From: Mobula birostris | Lineage: Eukaryota | Reading direction: 5' to 3' | DNA length: 64,000 nucleotides | Assembly (NCBI RefSeq): GCF_030028105.1 | Contig: NC_092374.1 | Coordinates: 32,497,016 to 32,561,015, forward strand | Shown here: positions 1 through 13,249 of the stretch, one piece after another | How the letters are laid out: each line of letters starts with the position of its first letter | Position numbering within the stretch: the stretch's first letter is position 1 | Translations under genes and position numbers: made by a program | The notes under the pieces: generated by a model | Database searches by the model: none | What the model saw: the letters and a program-made list of their open reading frames with translations, nothing else | What the model was told of the DNA's origin: nothing

Positions 1-930
1 TGTCAGTTCAGATTGGCAACAACGTCTCCTCTGCAATCTCCATCCGAACAGTTGCACCACAGGGCTGTGAGCTTAGCCGCCTGACCTATTCACTTTGCAC
101 TTATGACAGTGTGGCTAAACACAGTTCCAATGGTATATTTAAGTTTGCTGATGATACCACTGTCATTGGCCAAATCAAATGAGCACATAGGCGGGAGATT
201 GAACAGCTGGCCGAGTGGTGCCTTAACAACATCCTCTTATTCAATGTCAGCAAGACCAAGAAGCTGATTATTGACTTCAAGAGAAGGAAACCAGAGATCC
301 ATGAGCCAGTCCTCATTGGGGCATCAGAGGTGGAGAGGGTCAGTAACTTTAAATTCCTCAGTGTTATCATTTCAGAGGACCTGTCCTGGCCCTAGCACAT
401 AAATGCAATTATAAAGAAAGCCCGGTAGCACATCTACTTCCTTAGAAGTTTGTGAATATTCTCCATGTCATCTAAAACTTTGACAAACTTCCATTGATGT
501 GCGGTGGAGAGTTTGTTGACTGGTGCATCACTGCCTGGTGCACCAGTGAGCATGAGTGGAAGGCCCTACAAAAAGTAGTGGATACAGCCTAATTCATCAT
601 GGGCAAAGCCACCCCACCACTGAGCACATCTCCGCAGAGCATTGTCGCAGGAAAGCAGCATTGATCATCAGGGAGCCCCACCACACAGGTCATGCTCTCT
701 CCTTGCTGCTGCCATCAGGAAGAAGGTACTGGTACCTCAGGACTCACACCACAAGGTTTGGGAACAGCTAGTACCCCTCAACCATCAGGATCTTCAACCA
801 AAGAGGATAATTCCACTCAACTTCACATGCCCCATCACTGAAATCTTTCCACAACAAATGTACTCACTTTCAGGGACTGTTCATCTCATGTTCTCAATAT
901 TTATTGATTATTTATTCTTTATTATTTTAT
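1..930 (+). mobile_element. Rex1/Babar-type LINE, degenerate 3' fragment
   Basis: RT motif KFADDTTVIG, then LNVSKTKKLIIDF-like and LLPSGRRY...RTHTTRFGNS C-terminal motifs; many stops. Confidence 0.8.
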
Positions 931-1994
931 TTTTACTTTCTCAGCTCAAGCTGGTAAAACCCGAGATATGGGCATAACCAAGCACACTCATTTCTCAATT
1001 GCTGGGAATCTTTTCCCTGGGTTTGTGTAGCAGAATAGTTTGTTCAGTCCTGATTGATGCTTGCATCAGTTGTGCCAAAACATAGTTTAGTTAAGAAGAC
1101 CACAATTTAGATTCCTTCAATATTTCAATTAAGTCATGGACTAAGTGCATAAAAAGGATTGAACACGACTTATAATATTGAAGAAGGAAAGAAGTCCAAT
1201 TTCTCTCTTACTTATAGGTGCCAAGACAAACAAATTGATAAAAAATTCTTGATGGCTCCAGCCAAGCCAGGAGACAGGATATCTGAAGAGTTAATTAACT
1301 TTAACAGCTGGGGTACGTCTTCAGATACAAACCATCTGTAAACTTTATTATAGTGCTAAATTGGGGCAATGCTAACTACAATGAGCATTAGGCAGGAACT
1401 GGGGAGAGTAGCTTGGGGGGGGGGGGGGCAAATCCATATCTGATGTGTGCGAGTCCTTTCAATGCCATCTGCTGAAAGTTCAGGACCAGCAATTGCCCAT
1501 GAGGGTAAAATACAAGGGTGACAAGATTCAGGAACGCTGAACGTAAAGGAATACTGTAATTTTAATAAAAATAAAGAAAACATTTGAAAGATTTAGGAAG
1601 ATAAAATTGGACAAGGTCCTTGATGAAATAAAAACTAGGAGGACTAAAAATGGTCATGAATGTCCTTGTCAAATAGGATTAATGATTAAGGAAATCCCCT
1701 AAGGCATTATATATGTACAGTAGATTGAATGCAGGAGGGTAAACAGGGAAAGGATGGGGTATAATCTTGATTATTCACATAGACTGGAGTTTCCCTGTCT
1801 GAAGCATATGACTCCCTTGGTGTGGGAAGGTGCTGTAGTGGTGGGTGGGTATGGTGGCAGGGGCAGGAGTTGGTGTGGGAATTATAGAGGTGGTCAAGTA
1901 GTAAAGGAGATGTTGGTGGTTTAATAATATTTAGGTAATTTAGTTAAAAATCCCACAGAAAATTTTATAGAACTACAAGTATACTCTCCCACAT

Positions 1995-3210
1995 CGGAGG
2001 CTGGTCAAGAAGGTTCAGTTGTTTGGCATTCAGGATGAGGTAGTAAATTGGATTAGACACAAACAAGAGAAAATCTGCAGGTGCTGGAAATCCAAGCAAC
2101 ACACACAAAATGCTGGAGGAACTCAACAGGCCAGACAGCATCTATGGAAAAGAGGACTGAATCTTTGCTGAAGGGTTTCGGCCCATTACATTGACGGTAC
2201 TCTTTTCCATAGATGCTGCCTGGCTTGCTGAGTTTCTCCAGCAGTTTGTGTGTGTAAATTGGATTAGACACCAGCTTTGTGGGAGAAGCCAGCAACTGGC
2301 AGTAGAGGGTTACCTCGCTAACTGGAGACCTGTAACTAGTGGTGTGCCTCATGGATCGGTGCTGAGTCCTTTGTTGTTTGACATCCATATCAGTGATATG
2401 GATGATAATGTGATTAACTGGATCAGCAAATTTACAGATGACACCTGGATTAAAGACAGTGACTTGCAGAGGGGCCTGCATTAGCTGGAAAACGGCTGAA
2501 AACTGGCAAATGGAAATTAATGGTAGGGCACTGAGGAATGTGGTAGAACGGAGGGATATGGGAATACAGGTCCATAATTTGTTGAAAGTGGTTTCATAGG
2601 TAGATAAGGTCACAAAGAAAGCTTTTGGCACATTAGTCTTCATAAATCAATTACTGAGTACAGGAAATGGGATGTTATGTTGAAGTTGTATTAGACATTG
2701 GTGAGGCCTAATTTGGAGTACTGTGTGCAGTTTTGATCCATACTGACAGAAAAGATGTGAATAAGGTTGAAAGACTATGGGGAAAATTTACAAGAATGTT
2801 GCTGGATCTGGAGGAGCTGAGATATGAGGAAAGATTGAATAGGTTAGGACTGTATTCTTTAGAATATAGAAGATTGAGAAGAGATTTGACAGAGGTACAC
2901 AAAATTATGAGGGGTACATGCAAGCACGATTTTTCCACTGAGGTTTGGTGAGACGATGTCCAGAGGTCATGGGTTAAGGGTGAAAGATGAGAAGCTTAAA
3001 GGGAACATGAGGGGAAACTTCTTGAAAGTATGGAATGAGCTGCCTGCATAGGTGGTGCATACAAGCTTGATTTCAACATTTGAGAGAAATTTGGATAAGT
3101 ACATGGATAGTAGGGGTAAGTTGATGGGAGTAGGCATTGAAATGGTTTCAAATGGACTCGATGGGCCAAAGGGCCCGTTTCTGTGCCGTACTATATGACT
3201 ATATGACTCT
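1995..3210 (+). mobile_element. CR1-type LINE 3' fragment, interrupted by a Penelope-like hairpin insertion
   Basis: WRPVTSGVPHGSVLSPLLF, SKFTDDT, YEERLNRLGLYSLEYRRLR; simple-repeat tail ACTATATG. Confidence 0.85.
2061..2253. mobile_element. Penelope-like (PLE) inverted pseudo-LTR hairpin mini-element with 18-bp TSD
   Basis: Flanked by the exact direct repeat GTAAATTGGATTAGACAC (2043-2060, 2254-2271). Internal inverted arms of about 55 bp; degenerate hammerhead core TTGCTGAAGGGTTTCGGCCC. Confidence 0.8.
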
Positions 3211-3294
3211 ACTGCTAGCTGTTCCTAATTACAGCTGCGACATTGTCAGGTGTTTAGAGGATTAGGGGAGGAGATCAAGAGCACCAAGATAATG

Positions 3295-3525
3295 ACAAAT
3301 AAAAAAAATTGCAAGTACTGAAAATCTAGAACAAAAATAGAAAATTCTGAAAGAGCACAGCAGATCAGGCAGCAGCTGTGGAAAGAGAAATAAGCTTCAG
3401 GTGGGAGATAGGAGACCTATAATCAAACTCTGATGGAGCTTATTGCACTGATTCTTTCCCCATTGTGCTTCTCTCTCCACAGAGGCTACTTGCACAGCTG
3501 AGTATTTCAGACACTTTCTGATTTT
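3295..3525. mobile_element. Older PLE inverted hairpin remnant
   Basis: Antisense PLE tail (agcagatcaggcagcagctgtgga) followed by a sense tail (tccacagaggctacttgcacagctgagtatttc). Confidence 0.55.
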
Positions 3526-3539
3526 ACCCAACTAATGCA

Positions 3540-4005
3540 CATAAGAACATAAGAAATAGGAGCAGGAGTAGGCCATGTGGCCCATCAAGCCTGTTCTGCC
3601 ATTCAATAAGATCATGGTTGATCTGGTCAGGGACGCATCTCCACCTACCCGCCTTTTCTCCATAACCTTTAATTCCCCTACTATATGAAAATTTATCCAA
3701 CCTTATCTTACGTATATTTGCTGAGGTAGCCTCCACTACTTCATTGGGGAGAGAATTCCACAGATTCACCACTCTCTGGGAAAAGCAGTTCCTCCTCATC
3801 TCCATCCTAAATCTACTCCCCCAAACCTTGAGTCTATGTCCCCGAGTTCTACTCTCAACTTCCAGTGGAAACAACTTTTCTGCCTCTATCTTATCTGTCC
3901 CTTTCATAATGTTATATGTTTCTGTAAGATCTCCTCTCATTCTTCTGAGTTCCAGTGAGTACGGTCCCAGCCGACTCACTCTGTCCTCATGGTCTAACCC
4001 CCTCG
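3540..4005 (-). mobile_element. CR1-type LINE 3' end
   Basis: Minus ORF LGPYSLELRRMRGDLTETY...TRGHRLK...FSQRVVNLWNSLP; TTCTTATG-type tail. Confidence 0.9.
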
Positions 4006-5289
4006 TCTAAATCAAATCCACAAAAATGCAGTATAACAATAAAACAAACAAAACCAACTGAACTGTGGATAACAAACTTACAATATTTTCCAGATAATAG
4101 ACTGCATTCAAATTATTTTTAAGCAATTTTAAAAAACATGAGCTACAAAAGGCATGTTTTGGGGTTCTGAAGCAGGTCTTAAATCCACAATTCTTCCTCC
4201 CTTGAAGTGAGAATAACTGTTACCAGTGATCAGATTATTCCGTAGAACTAATCATTATGTTACTTTAGCTCAGTATATGCACAAAACCTAAATCAGGACA
4301 AAAGGCCTGAATTTTCTGGCTGGTGAAAACTTCACTGGTAAATCAACAATAAATCTTATGCCACATGGACGGTTATATTTTCACTATAGTAAATATTCCA
4401 CTGGCACTATATGAAGCCATTCAATCAACTGAACTTAGTAATGAAAATCAATCAATTTGATGAGCAGGAATGAAATCTCTTGACTGTTTATGTTGGCAAA
4501 CAGTGTTGGAAAATGCACGCTGCCAGGAAGCAGAATGCTCTGTGAGATTGAGGAGGACTTCATTATTCATGAAGTGTTAACATGGCATTTAGCCATGTCT
4601 GGTACAAAACATAATTGCCTTATCCTTATAACATATAGAACTTTCCTAGCAGAAAGTAACAACGTTAGCAAATCCATAAATAGTTAAGCGTTTGCAGAAA
4701 TTTGTTAGTGAGTGATTAGATTCGCACTAACATTTCAGTGGAATGGGAAAATAAGATTCTGGGCTTTTGACCAAGATTTATATCAAAGATGATATCCGTG
4801 TGATCCTGCCTGAGATGGCAGCACAGCATCTATCAGCTAACAGTTCTGCTCTGAAGAAAGTGAAGTCCCGTTCATGAACTAATTGCTGGTATGCTAGATG
4901 TTCCTTCCGATTTACTTAACATAATAAAAAAAAAATGTAAAATCATTTTCTAAAAATCTTGCAGGAACTACAGAGAGATTGTTAATGTTTCAAGTTGATG
5001 ACCAGGTTAGAGTTTTGACACTTTTTAAGTAAATGCAGAGGTGAGTACAGATGGTAGCGAAAGAGTATGCGAGGAAAGGTCTAATACAGGATGGAAGAAA
5101 GAAAGAGTGATAATGCAAGGCAAAAGTGTCATGTTATGAGCTGATAAAGTTGCATCCAGAAGAGATGTAAGTAAGAATGGCAGAATCACAATCACAAATT
5201 GCTGAACACATGTTGCCTGACCTGCTGAGTATTGTATTTTTTTATCATCAATTAGGGACATGTTTTCATCTGAATTGTAGCAGTCAGTC

Positions 5290-6240
5290 TGACTGTGGGT
5301 TGGATGCAAGATAAGCTCAACACCTCGCTTGCACCTTATTGTTTCGGTTCCCAGGACTGGGACATCAGAGCAGACGTGCCTCAGGGTACCCAGCCCAGCC
5401 ATCTTCTTCAGCTGCTCATCAGTGACCTTTCATCTACTATAAGGGCAACTCCTATTCCACTTGAAGATCCTCAATAAATGAAGCATATCATATAAGACCC
5501 AGATGAGATTAAGGCATGGACTGTTAAATGGCGAGTACATTTGCTAACAAAATTTCCAGGCGATGATGTTCCCTAACGTAAGAGAGTCTAACAGCGACCA
5601 GTGATATCCTGGGGTCACCATTGACCAGAAACTCAAACTGGACCAGTTGCACACAAATCATAACTACATGTTGGGAAACCTGTTGGACGTGACTCCGTTC
5701 CTGATACCTAAGGTCTTCCCACCATCTTCATAGCAAAATTTGGGAGTTTGATGGAACACTTGCCATTTGTCTGGATGAATGCAACGTCACCTCTCAAGAA
5801 GCTGGACACCATTGAGGACAAACTTCATTGGTATCCCATCATCCTCCCTAAGCAAGTGTTCCTTCCATCACCAGAGCATACATTGCAATTTACAAACTGC
5901 ACTGCAGTTGCTCACCCAAGCAACGTTGATGACATGTACCAAGGCCAATGAACAAGGACAGAAGGTACACGGGGAATTGTCGGTGGGATAGTATGGAGAA
6001 GGTGGAGTGAAGGGACTGCTGTGCTGCTGTGTGACTCTATAACATTACCTGCAGATTCATGTCCAGGTTAGACACCTTTCTAACTTTGGAAACTTATTAC
6101 CAGTCCTTCTTCACTAGCTTTAACTCCCCAACACAGTGCAAACAACTTCACTGGAATGACCTCAGCAGTTTAAGACCATCTCTCCAAGGACAGTTGGAGC
6201 TGAACAACAAATGCTGGCCCTGGCATGACTCCCAGACCCC
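5290..6240 (+). mobile_element. Old CR1/L2-group LINE fragment
   Basis: ADVPQG-like motif, LGVTIDQKL and MEHLPFVWMNA segments; heavily decayed. Related sequence lies at about 16660-17500. Confidence 0.5.
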
Positions 6241-6273
6241 CAAAACCAATCCTTAAATATCTATTTCCTTATT

Positions 6274-6419
6274 TTAGTTCAGGACACTGTATTGCCGCTT
6301 GGTTTCGTATTTCTGGACATCTGTCAACAGCACATGAGGACTAGGTGAAGTCATTGAGGCTTCAGTGAAGAAGTAGACATGTTGGAGACACGACCCTGCT
6401 GAGCTTTTCCAGTCCAAAG
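6274..6419 (-). pseudogene. Probable last coding exon of the antisense decayed gene
   Basis: Strong acceptor acttttgtctttcttccag|CT, phase 1. Open to a TAA: LDWKSSAGSCLQHVYFFTEASMTSPSPHVLLTDVQKYETKRQYSVLN*. Confidence 0.5.
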
Positions 6420-6639
6420 CTGGAAGAAAGACAAAAGTTGGTGAGGTTTGATTCCTTAAAGCAGGAAGTCTGCATCTAGAATAAGACAAGTTAATTTTTC
6501 CCCATGTGGAGGAGGAAAATTTGAGGTGGATGTAGAGGTTGAGGAAATAACGTATGAAGGTCTGTGGTGGCACAACTGGGTGGGAACAGCAATGCAGTCA
6601 GCAGGGGCCATCATTTAATTTAATTGTAACAGGCCCTTC

Positions 6640-6840
6640 TAGCTCAACAAGCCCAGGCTGCCCAAATACACCCATGTGACCAGTACGTCTTTGGAATGTG
6701 GGAGGAAACCAGAGTGCCCGCAAGAAAAGCACGCGGTCGTGAGGAGAACGTACAAACTCCTTACAGACAGCGGCAGGAATTGAACCCGGGTCACTGGCAC
6801 TGTAACACTCATATGATAACTGCTACAGTACCATGTCCGC
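6640..6840 (-). mobile_element. tRNA-derived V-SINE
   Basis: Minus strand has the B-box GGTTCAATTCC and a V-domain-like GTTTGTACGTTCTCC...GGTTTCCTCCCACATTCCAAAGACGT. Confidence 0.8.
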
Positions 6841-7759
6841 CCGAGTAACAGAAGAGTTCTGTGTAACAACCAGAGTTCTGGGGTTGACAGGGCTAAGAGT
6901 TGCACTTACAGTGAAGCTTAAGGAGTAAGCACAGCCTTCAAAAATACTGCTTCTTCAGATCAGAGTCTGGTAGCAGCTTTTTTTATCCAATAAGGAACAG
7001 CTATGACCTAGCCAGGAAAAGAATATGGCAATAACCGATAGCATTTGTCAAAAGCCACCTCTAACTTTAATTTTGTTTAATTTTATGTTAACAGATTTAT
7101 AATTGAAGAATTCAAAGTCAGTGTATTAATCAAAGAATGAAAGAACTGTGCTGTGTTTAGCCACTTTTCCTATAAATATTAATAAAGAGAGTGTAATACA
7201 GTATATCCATAAAGGTGCAAAGCAACAAAAATGCCAGAACTGCCGTATTCAATTCTGATAATAAAATGCCATTTAAATTCACCATATAATACAACACTAT
7301 GACTCAGATATTAATATTTACAAATCAATATGGAATGAAAATGTCTGCAGGCCTCGCTGTGGGCAATGACACAGATGTGCAGAATTCCATCTAAGGCAGT
7401 GCTCTGTAACCGGACAGCACACGTCCACTATTCACGTGGAATATTGTGGCTCCAGGTTGAAGAACTGAATGCTTCAATATTTCATGGCAGCTTTAGCAAT
7501 GTCCCATAGTGACCTGTGAAATCCCCACACAAATGACATAAAGACAGTTGTAGACTAATTGTACCAAGTCCTCACCAGTTGTGGTCATTTCCATATTTAT
7601 ATAACCCAGGTGCAGAGATTAACAGACCTGGGAGTTCCTGGGCGAACCATCCAGGAGAAATCCACCAGAATATTGACTCCCATCATAACAAAGGACTCCA
7701 TAAGAGGAAAATGCATGGCATGCAGTTATTTTCTGGTAGCTTGGTAGTTTTTAACTGTA

Positions 7760-8276
7760 CACTCAGTAGCCACTTTATTAGGTACACATGCACGTCTGAT
7801 GGTTAATTTAAACATCTAATCAGCTAATCATGTGGCAGCAACTCGATATATTAAAGCATGAAGATACGGTCAAGAGGTTCAATTGCTGTTCAGACCAAGC
7901 ATCAGAATGGGGGAAGAACTGTAATCTAAGTGACTTTGATGGCAGAATGATTGCTGGTGCCAGATGGGATGGTTCGAGTATCTCAGAAACTGCTGATCTC
8001 CTGGGATTCTCACACACGACGGTTTCTAGCTGGAATTTATAGAGAATGGTGCAGGAAAAAAAAAAATCATCTAGTGAGCGGCAGTTCTCTGGGCAAAAAT
8101 GCCTTGTTAATGATAGAGGTCAGAGGAGAATGGCCAGACTGGTTCAAGCTGACAGGAAGGTAACAGTAACTCAACTAATCACATGTTACAACAGTGGTGT
8201 GTGGAAGAGCATCTCCGAATGCACAACACATTGAGCCTTGAAGTAGATGGGCTACAGCAGCAGAAGACCATGAACA
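7760..8276 (+). mobile_element. Tc1/mariner transposon remnant (left end plus transposase HTH region)
   Basis: TA|CACTCAGTAGCCACTTTATTAGG end; GKNCNLSDFDGRMIAGAR...SISETADLLGFSHTTVS...RGQRRMARLVQADRK. Truncated before the DDE domain. Confidence 0.8.
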
Positions 8277-9664
8277 TATGAGGCGAATCATCCCGGGTTC
8301 GAATCCAGCCGACCCCTTGTACACTTTCCATCCATGCTCTTTGATTGTGGGAACATCTCAATAGATGAGTGTAGTTATCTTCTTATGTGCAAGAGCCTGA
8401 AAAAAGGGTAGTAACTGTATTTCAACCTGGTGATGCGAGCTCTGGGGCACTTATACCTTCTACCTGATGGCAGCAGCAAGAAGAGAGCATGGTCTGGGTG
8501 GTGAGGATATTTGATGCTGCTTTCCTATGACAGCATTTCATGTAGATATCCTCAATGGTCAGCTAAACATACTACCTAATAGTTTTAAGTAGTTCCTACT
8601 TCCATGTTTCACCGCCTGTGATTTTCATGAACCAAATTTGATTTGAATTAAGACTCCAGTAGCCCCATAAATAGGTGTTTCCAAATCTGGAACTTAATAC
8701 TACTTTGAATTCATTGTTAGAAGTGGGAGGCTCCATTTTTTGAGTCATAACAACACAAATGATTTAAAGATAACTCACGCAACCAGATTAGAGAATGTGC
8801 CTGTCCATGGTTCACCAAAGAGCAGCAGTTATGACAAAAGTAATCCATACCTCTCTAATCTGTCAGCTAAAAGAGTTTATTGGCATTTGTAGCAAAAAGC
8901 CTTCGTAATGTAGCTGTATTCATTGGAAAATAGGAGTCTCAAAATCAATCCATCAGCTTGCTCAGTGAATGGTTAATTTTTTTGCCAGAGGGAATGTAAA
9001 AGACCACCCCATTTCCCAAAGGGTTTCACCAGTACCATAAACTCACAACTTCATGACAAGTCCCAGCTTAATACCAGAGGTGAAGTGAAAGTTAATGAAT
9101 TTGAAATCAATACAACGTTTAACGGAGAATAATATCAAGGAGGTCCGGTAAAGATGAAGTCACTGGAAATCCAGGGAATTGGTTGGAGTTATAGATTGCT
9201 CAAAGGAAATTAAATCCATCGCGAGTGGATTGCTGTACTCCACAACTGCAGTTTGCAGCTCGCGGTTCTCTCGGATACAGAACACCAGCAGGTTGTTCAC
9301 ATAAAGAGATGCCTCGGCTCAGGAGGCTGTTGATGCTAGAATCTGAAATATTCAGATTCCGATGGAAGAATTCAGCGGGTCTGGCAGCATCTCTGCTTCC
9401 CTCCAGCAAACCCTCAGTATGTTGCTTCAAATGGCCCAAGGCAGCAGTAAGCTGGCCCATCTAGGTCTCAGGCTCTCTGTTAAGGAAGTGTATCTACGTC
9501 ACAGTGAAGGAAGAGGTCTTCCAGTGCTAGTGACCATGTTATTAGCAAGGGAGTGATTGTACTGAGCAGGGTGCAGGGTAGATTCATTGGGACATTTTGG
9601 CTCTGAGGACATAGGTTGGGTTGGAGGAAAGAAAGCTGATTGGGGGATTAAAAAATTATGAGGA

Positions 9665-10425
9665 ACATAGAGTTATAGAGTCATAGAGAACTTTCAGCAC
9701 AGAAACAGGCCCTTCAGCCCATCTAGTCTGTGTCAAACTATTATTCTGCCTAATCCAATCGACCTGGCCCTGGCCCATAGCCCTCCTTAACCCTCTTATC
9801 CATGTAGTCACCCAAACTTCTCTTCAACGTTCAAACACAACCTGCATCCACCACTTGCGCTGGCACTGAGTAAAATAACACAGAAGTAGGCCTTTCAGCC
9901 CAAGTAGTCCAGTTAGATAGAAATGCCCACTCAGGCTAGTGCCATTCGCCCATTTCCCTCTAAACCTGTTCTATCCATGTACTGTACCTGTCCAACTATC
10001 TCTCAAATGGCATTATTGTATTGGCTCATCCACTTGCTTTAGCAGCCTGCTCCATATATTCACCACCCTCCCTGTTTAGAAATAACCCCTCAGGTGTCTT
10101 TTAATCTTTCCCCACTCACTTTAAACCTATGCCCCCCCCCCAGTCTTTGATTTCCTTTCCCCGTGATAAAACTGTGTGCATTCACTTTATCTATGCCTTC
10201 ATGATTTTATAAGGTCAACCCACTCTGCAGCAATTAAATCCTTAGCCTGCCCAACCTCTTGCTATAACTCATACCTCGAGTCCTGGCTACATCCTGGGGA
10301 ATCTTATTTGCACTCTTTCCACCTTAATGGTGCCTTTCCCAACAAACTAACCAAAACTGTACACAGCACACCAGGAGTGCCCTCGCCAACAACTGCAACA
10401 TAATGTCCCCATACTCAGTGCCCTA
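9665..10425 (-). mobile_element. CR1-type LINE 3' fragments
   Basis: Two stacked antisense CR1 3' ends with atagag-type tails. Confidence 0.7.
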
Positions 10426-10430
10426 TTCAC

Positions 10431-11323
10431 AGCAGGGTAGAAGCCTTTCTCCTTAACAGAGCATTTGGAACACCAAAGCATTGTAATGGATAGGCTGGCA
10501 TGAACATATTTCCACACTCCATGCCCTCAACCCTGTGATTCTGTGAGATAAATCCAAGTCAGATATGCTGTCCCTGAAGGCCCTCTAGGAATAAGCTCTT
10601 AGCAGGTAGACGTGCCTTTGCCTGCTGCTCTGATGTTGCTAAACTTGTCTGGGTGGCAGTCCAGTAATGCAATGTGTCAATGCTGGGGAAGCAAGAGTAG
10701 ATCACCAGCTTGGTGCTGGATAAAACTCCGTGTTTGTTGTAGCACAGTCTGGATTTTGGAAGGTGCCGATCAGCTGAAGTCACTACAGAAGGTCCCCAGT
10801 CAAGTATTCTGAAGTCTGCAGATCGTTCATCAGTGAGAAATCTGAAGGACGTTGATGGTGGCAGATGAGCAGAATTTCTGAATGATTGAACATTGCTGTA
10901 TTAATTTTCTAATGCACTTTTATTCAACACTTTAGACAGCGGGATCATAAATAGTCCAGCAAGTCTGGTAAGTTTCAAGGGAACACAGAAAACAGACCAG
11001 GTGAATTTCCAGAGAGTGAGAAAAGCAAACCCTGGTGGACTGGAGGAACTGAGGCCCTGGTGCGTTCACAGGAAGCGCAAGATAGGAGCCCCAGTAAGTG
11101 GCACGGGAGTGTAAGAACTGGAGCTACTGTGAGTCAGAGGAGAAAGTGAACCCAGTGACATGTCTACAGCGGTCACTTCCAAGATGGCGGTGCATACGGT
11201 AGCAGTGGCTTCCAGCCCTCCAGTCCAACTTGGAGGCAGAAACTTTTTCATTGTGTCAGAAGTGATCTTTTTAGGAGCAAGCCTGATACCAAAAGAAGGC
11301 GGGGCACACTCTCTGGCCCCATT
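10431..11323 (-). pseudogene. Large pseudo-exon of the antisense decayed gene
   Basis: tttctacatag|AAT acceptor, then about 297 codons in one frame with only 3 stops (TGA, TAA, TGA): NGARECAPPSFGIRLAPKKITSDTMKKFLPPSW...RFLTDERSADFRILDWGP...TKLVIYSCFPSIDTLHYW. Its 3' side abuts a CR1 insertion. Confidence 0.7.
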
Positions 11324-12405
11324 CTATGTAGAAATGAATGTTAATGTGACCAGTTACAGGTAAAATCACGTTTTAATCCCACAGCATTTAGCAATGTATG
11401 ATCTAATACCTGTGCTGAGATAGTTCAGGGCTTAACTCCCAATAGAAAATGAAATATTTATACCAGTTCACTTACTGGTAACTTAATGGTTCTTGCTAAC
11501 ATTATAAATCCATAAAATATTTCTGTATGACCTTATTTAACTGCACCATCCTACAATCACCTTTTCTTTGATACTACAGTAACTCTTGCTCAGTAAAATT
11601 CCAAGATGTTCTATCCGAATATTTGGAAATCCTAAATAGTTTGGCATCTGGCTACTTGGTGCTGATTCTCACATTAACGTTCACTTGGGCTATGGTTCGG
11701 GCATCTCCTTATACTGAATGGGGTCCCACACCCTCTTCCACTGACCAGGACCCTGGTTCCCATGCTTCTTTTCCACTTTCTGGGGTTCCAGCTCCTGCGA
11801 ACACTTCCACTCACCGAGTCCCAAATTCCCATTCTCTCCTCTGACTCACTGGTACTACAGTTCCCACACTCCATTCCCACTTCCAAAGACCCTAGTTCCT
11901 GCAAACCCTTCCATCACTGGGGTGACAGCTCCCATATTCCCTTCAACCCACTGAGGCCCTGTTTCCCACACTCCCTTTAAATTTGCCACTATCAAATCAT
12001 AATCAGAACCAGGTTTACTATCAGTAACACATGTGGTGAAATTTGTTGTTTTATGGCAGCAGTACAGAGCAATACCTGAAATATACTATAACTTATATTA
12101 TGAATGTATTCAGAATAAAAGATGAATAAGTATTGTGAAAAGAGAGTAAAAATAGTGAGGTAGTGTTCATGAGTTCATTGTCCATTCAGAAATCTGGTAG
12201 CAGAGGGGAAGAGTGCAGGTCCTCAGGTTCCTGTACCTCCTCTCTGATGGTAGTAATGAGAAGAGGACATATCCTAGGTGGTTAGGGTTCCTTATGTTGT
12301 TGGGTCTACAATAAACAATTCATGATTCCACTGCCTGATACGCTAAATAAAATTGTATGAAAGCATCAATACGACAACCTCCAGTAATCCCATAAATCTG
12401 CTCAC

Positions 12406-12628
12406 CCAGTACCACAAACTTTTGCCAGCTGAATTCATTTTTACTTTACTAAACACAAGATACAGCTGTTTACATGGATTGACTTCAGTCACTGAAATCT
12501 GACTCTAATGAAGTTGATACACTTCAGAATGATTTTGGGAATAAATTGATGAACTGATTGTACTTCCTAGATGCCTTTGACTCTGCGACTCCAAACATGT
12601 AACTTCAAAGAAGCTGGCAAAGCCATAA
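12406..12628 (-). pseudogene. Pseudo-exon of the antisense decayed gene
   Basis: ttttgcag|T...TGG|gtgagc; 223 nt, 74 codons with one TAG: YGFASFFEVTCLESQ...QLYLVFSKVKMNSAGKSLWYW. Its phase-0 end joins the 11323 exon in frame. Confidence 0.7.
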
Positions 12629-13249
12629 CTGCAAAATATGCATTCTTATCTGAATAAAACTGTCTAATAATAAAATAATTATAAGAGGCTCTTTCAATAT
12701 ACCAAGGAAACTGTAGAGAGATATACACATTTGTCAGGAGATGATGTAATGGAAAAATGTCACGACATACTCATTGCAGCTTAGTAACCTTAAAGTACTT
12801 GATTCTATTTTACTGATTATGCTGCAAGCACATATGTATCATTGTCCATTAATGAACTCAGTGTGTACTTCTTCTGTCACTTTAACATTGCACCAAAACT
12901 AAGGTTATTATTTCAAGATAATATTAAGAACTTGATATAATTTTGTCAGTATAATAAACCTTAGCTTTGCAGATTCAGTTACAAGTTTGTGATATTTTAA
13001 AACTTATTGTCATTATAGATTAATGGGGTGTAATGACTTGCTCTACTTTACATAATACTTATAAATTTGAAATTTGCTTTGCATTTTCACATTTTGTACA
13101 TTAAAGAGCAGATTTCTAATGTAGTTCAGAAGGTGACAAACCCCTAGAAAGAACTGGATATGTGACATCAAAATAGTGGAATTAAAAGAAAAAAAAATCT
13201 GGAAGAACTCAGCTGGGCAGACAGCATCTGTGGAAGGAGGAACAGAGGT

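Noticed and set aside
9340-9660. Extension of the pseudo-exon frame across this interval
   Set aside because: Four stops in about 110 codons is near chance, and the interval contains a PLE-tail remnant, so it is not evidence by itself.
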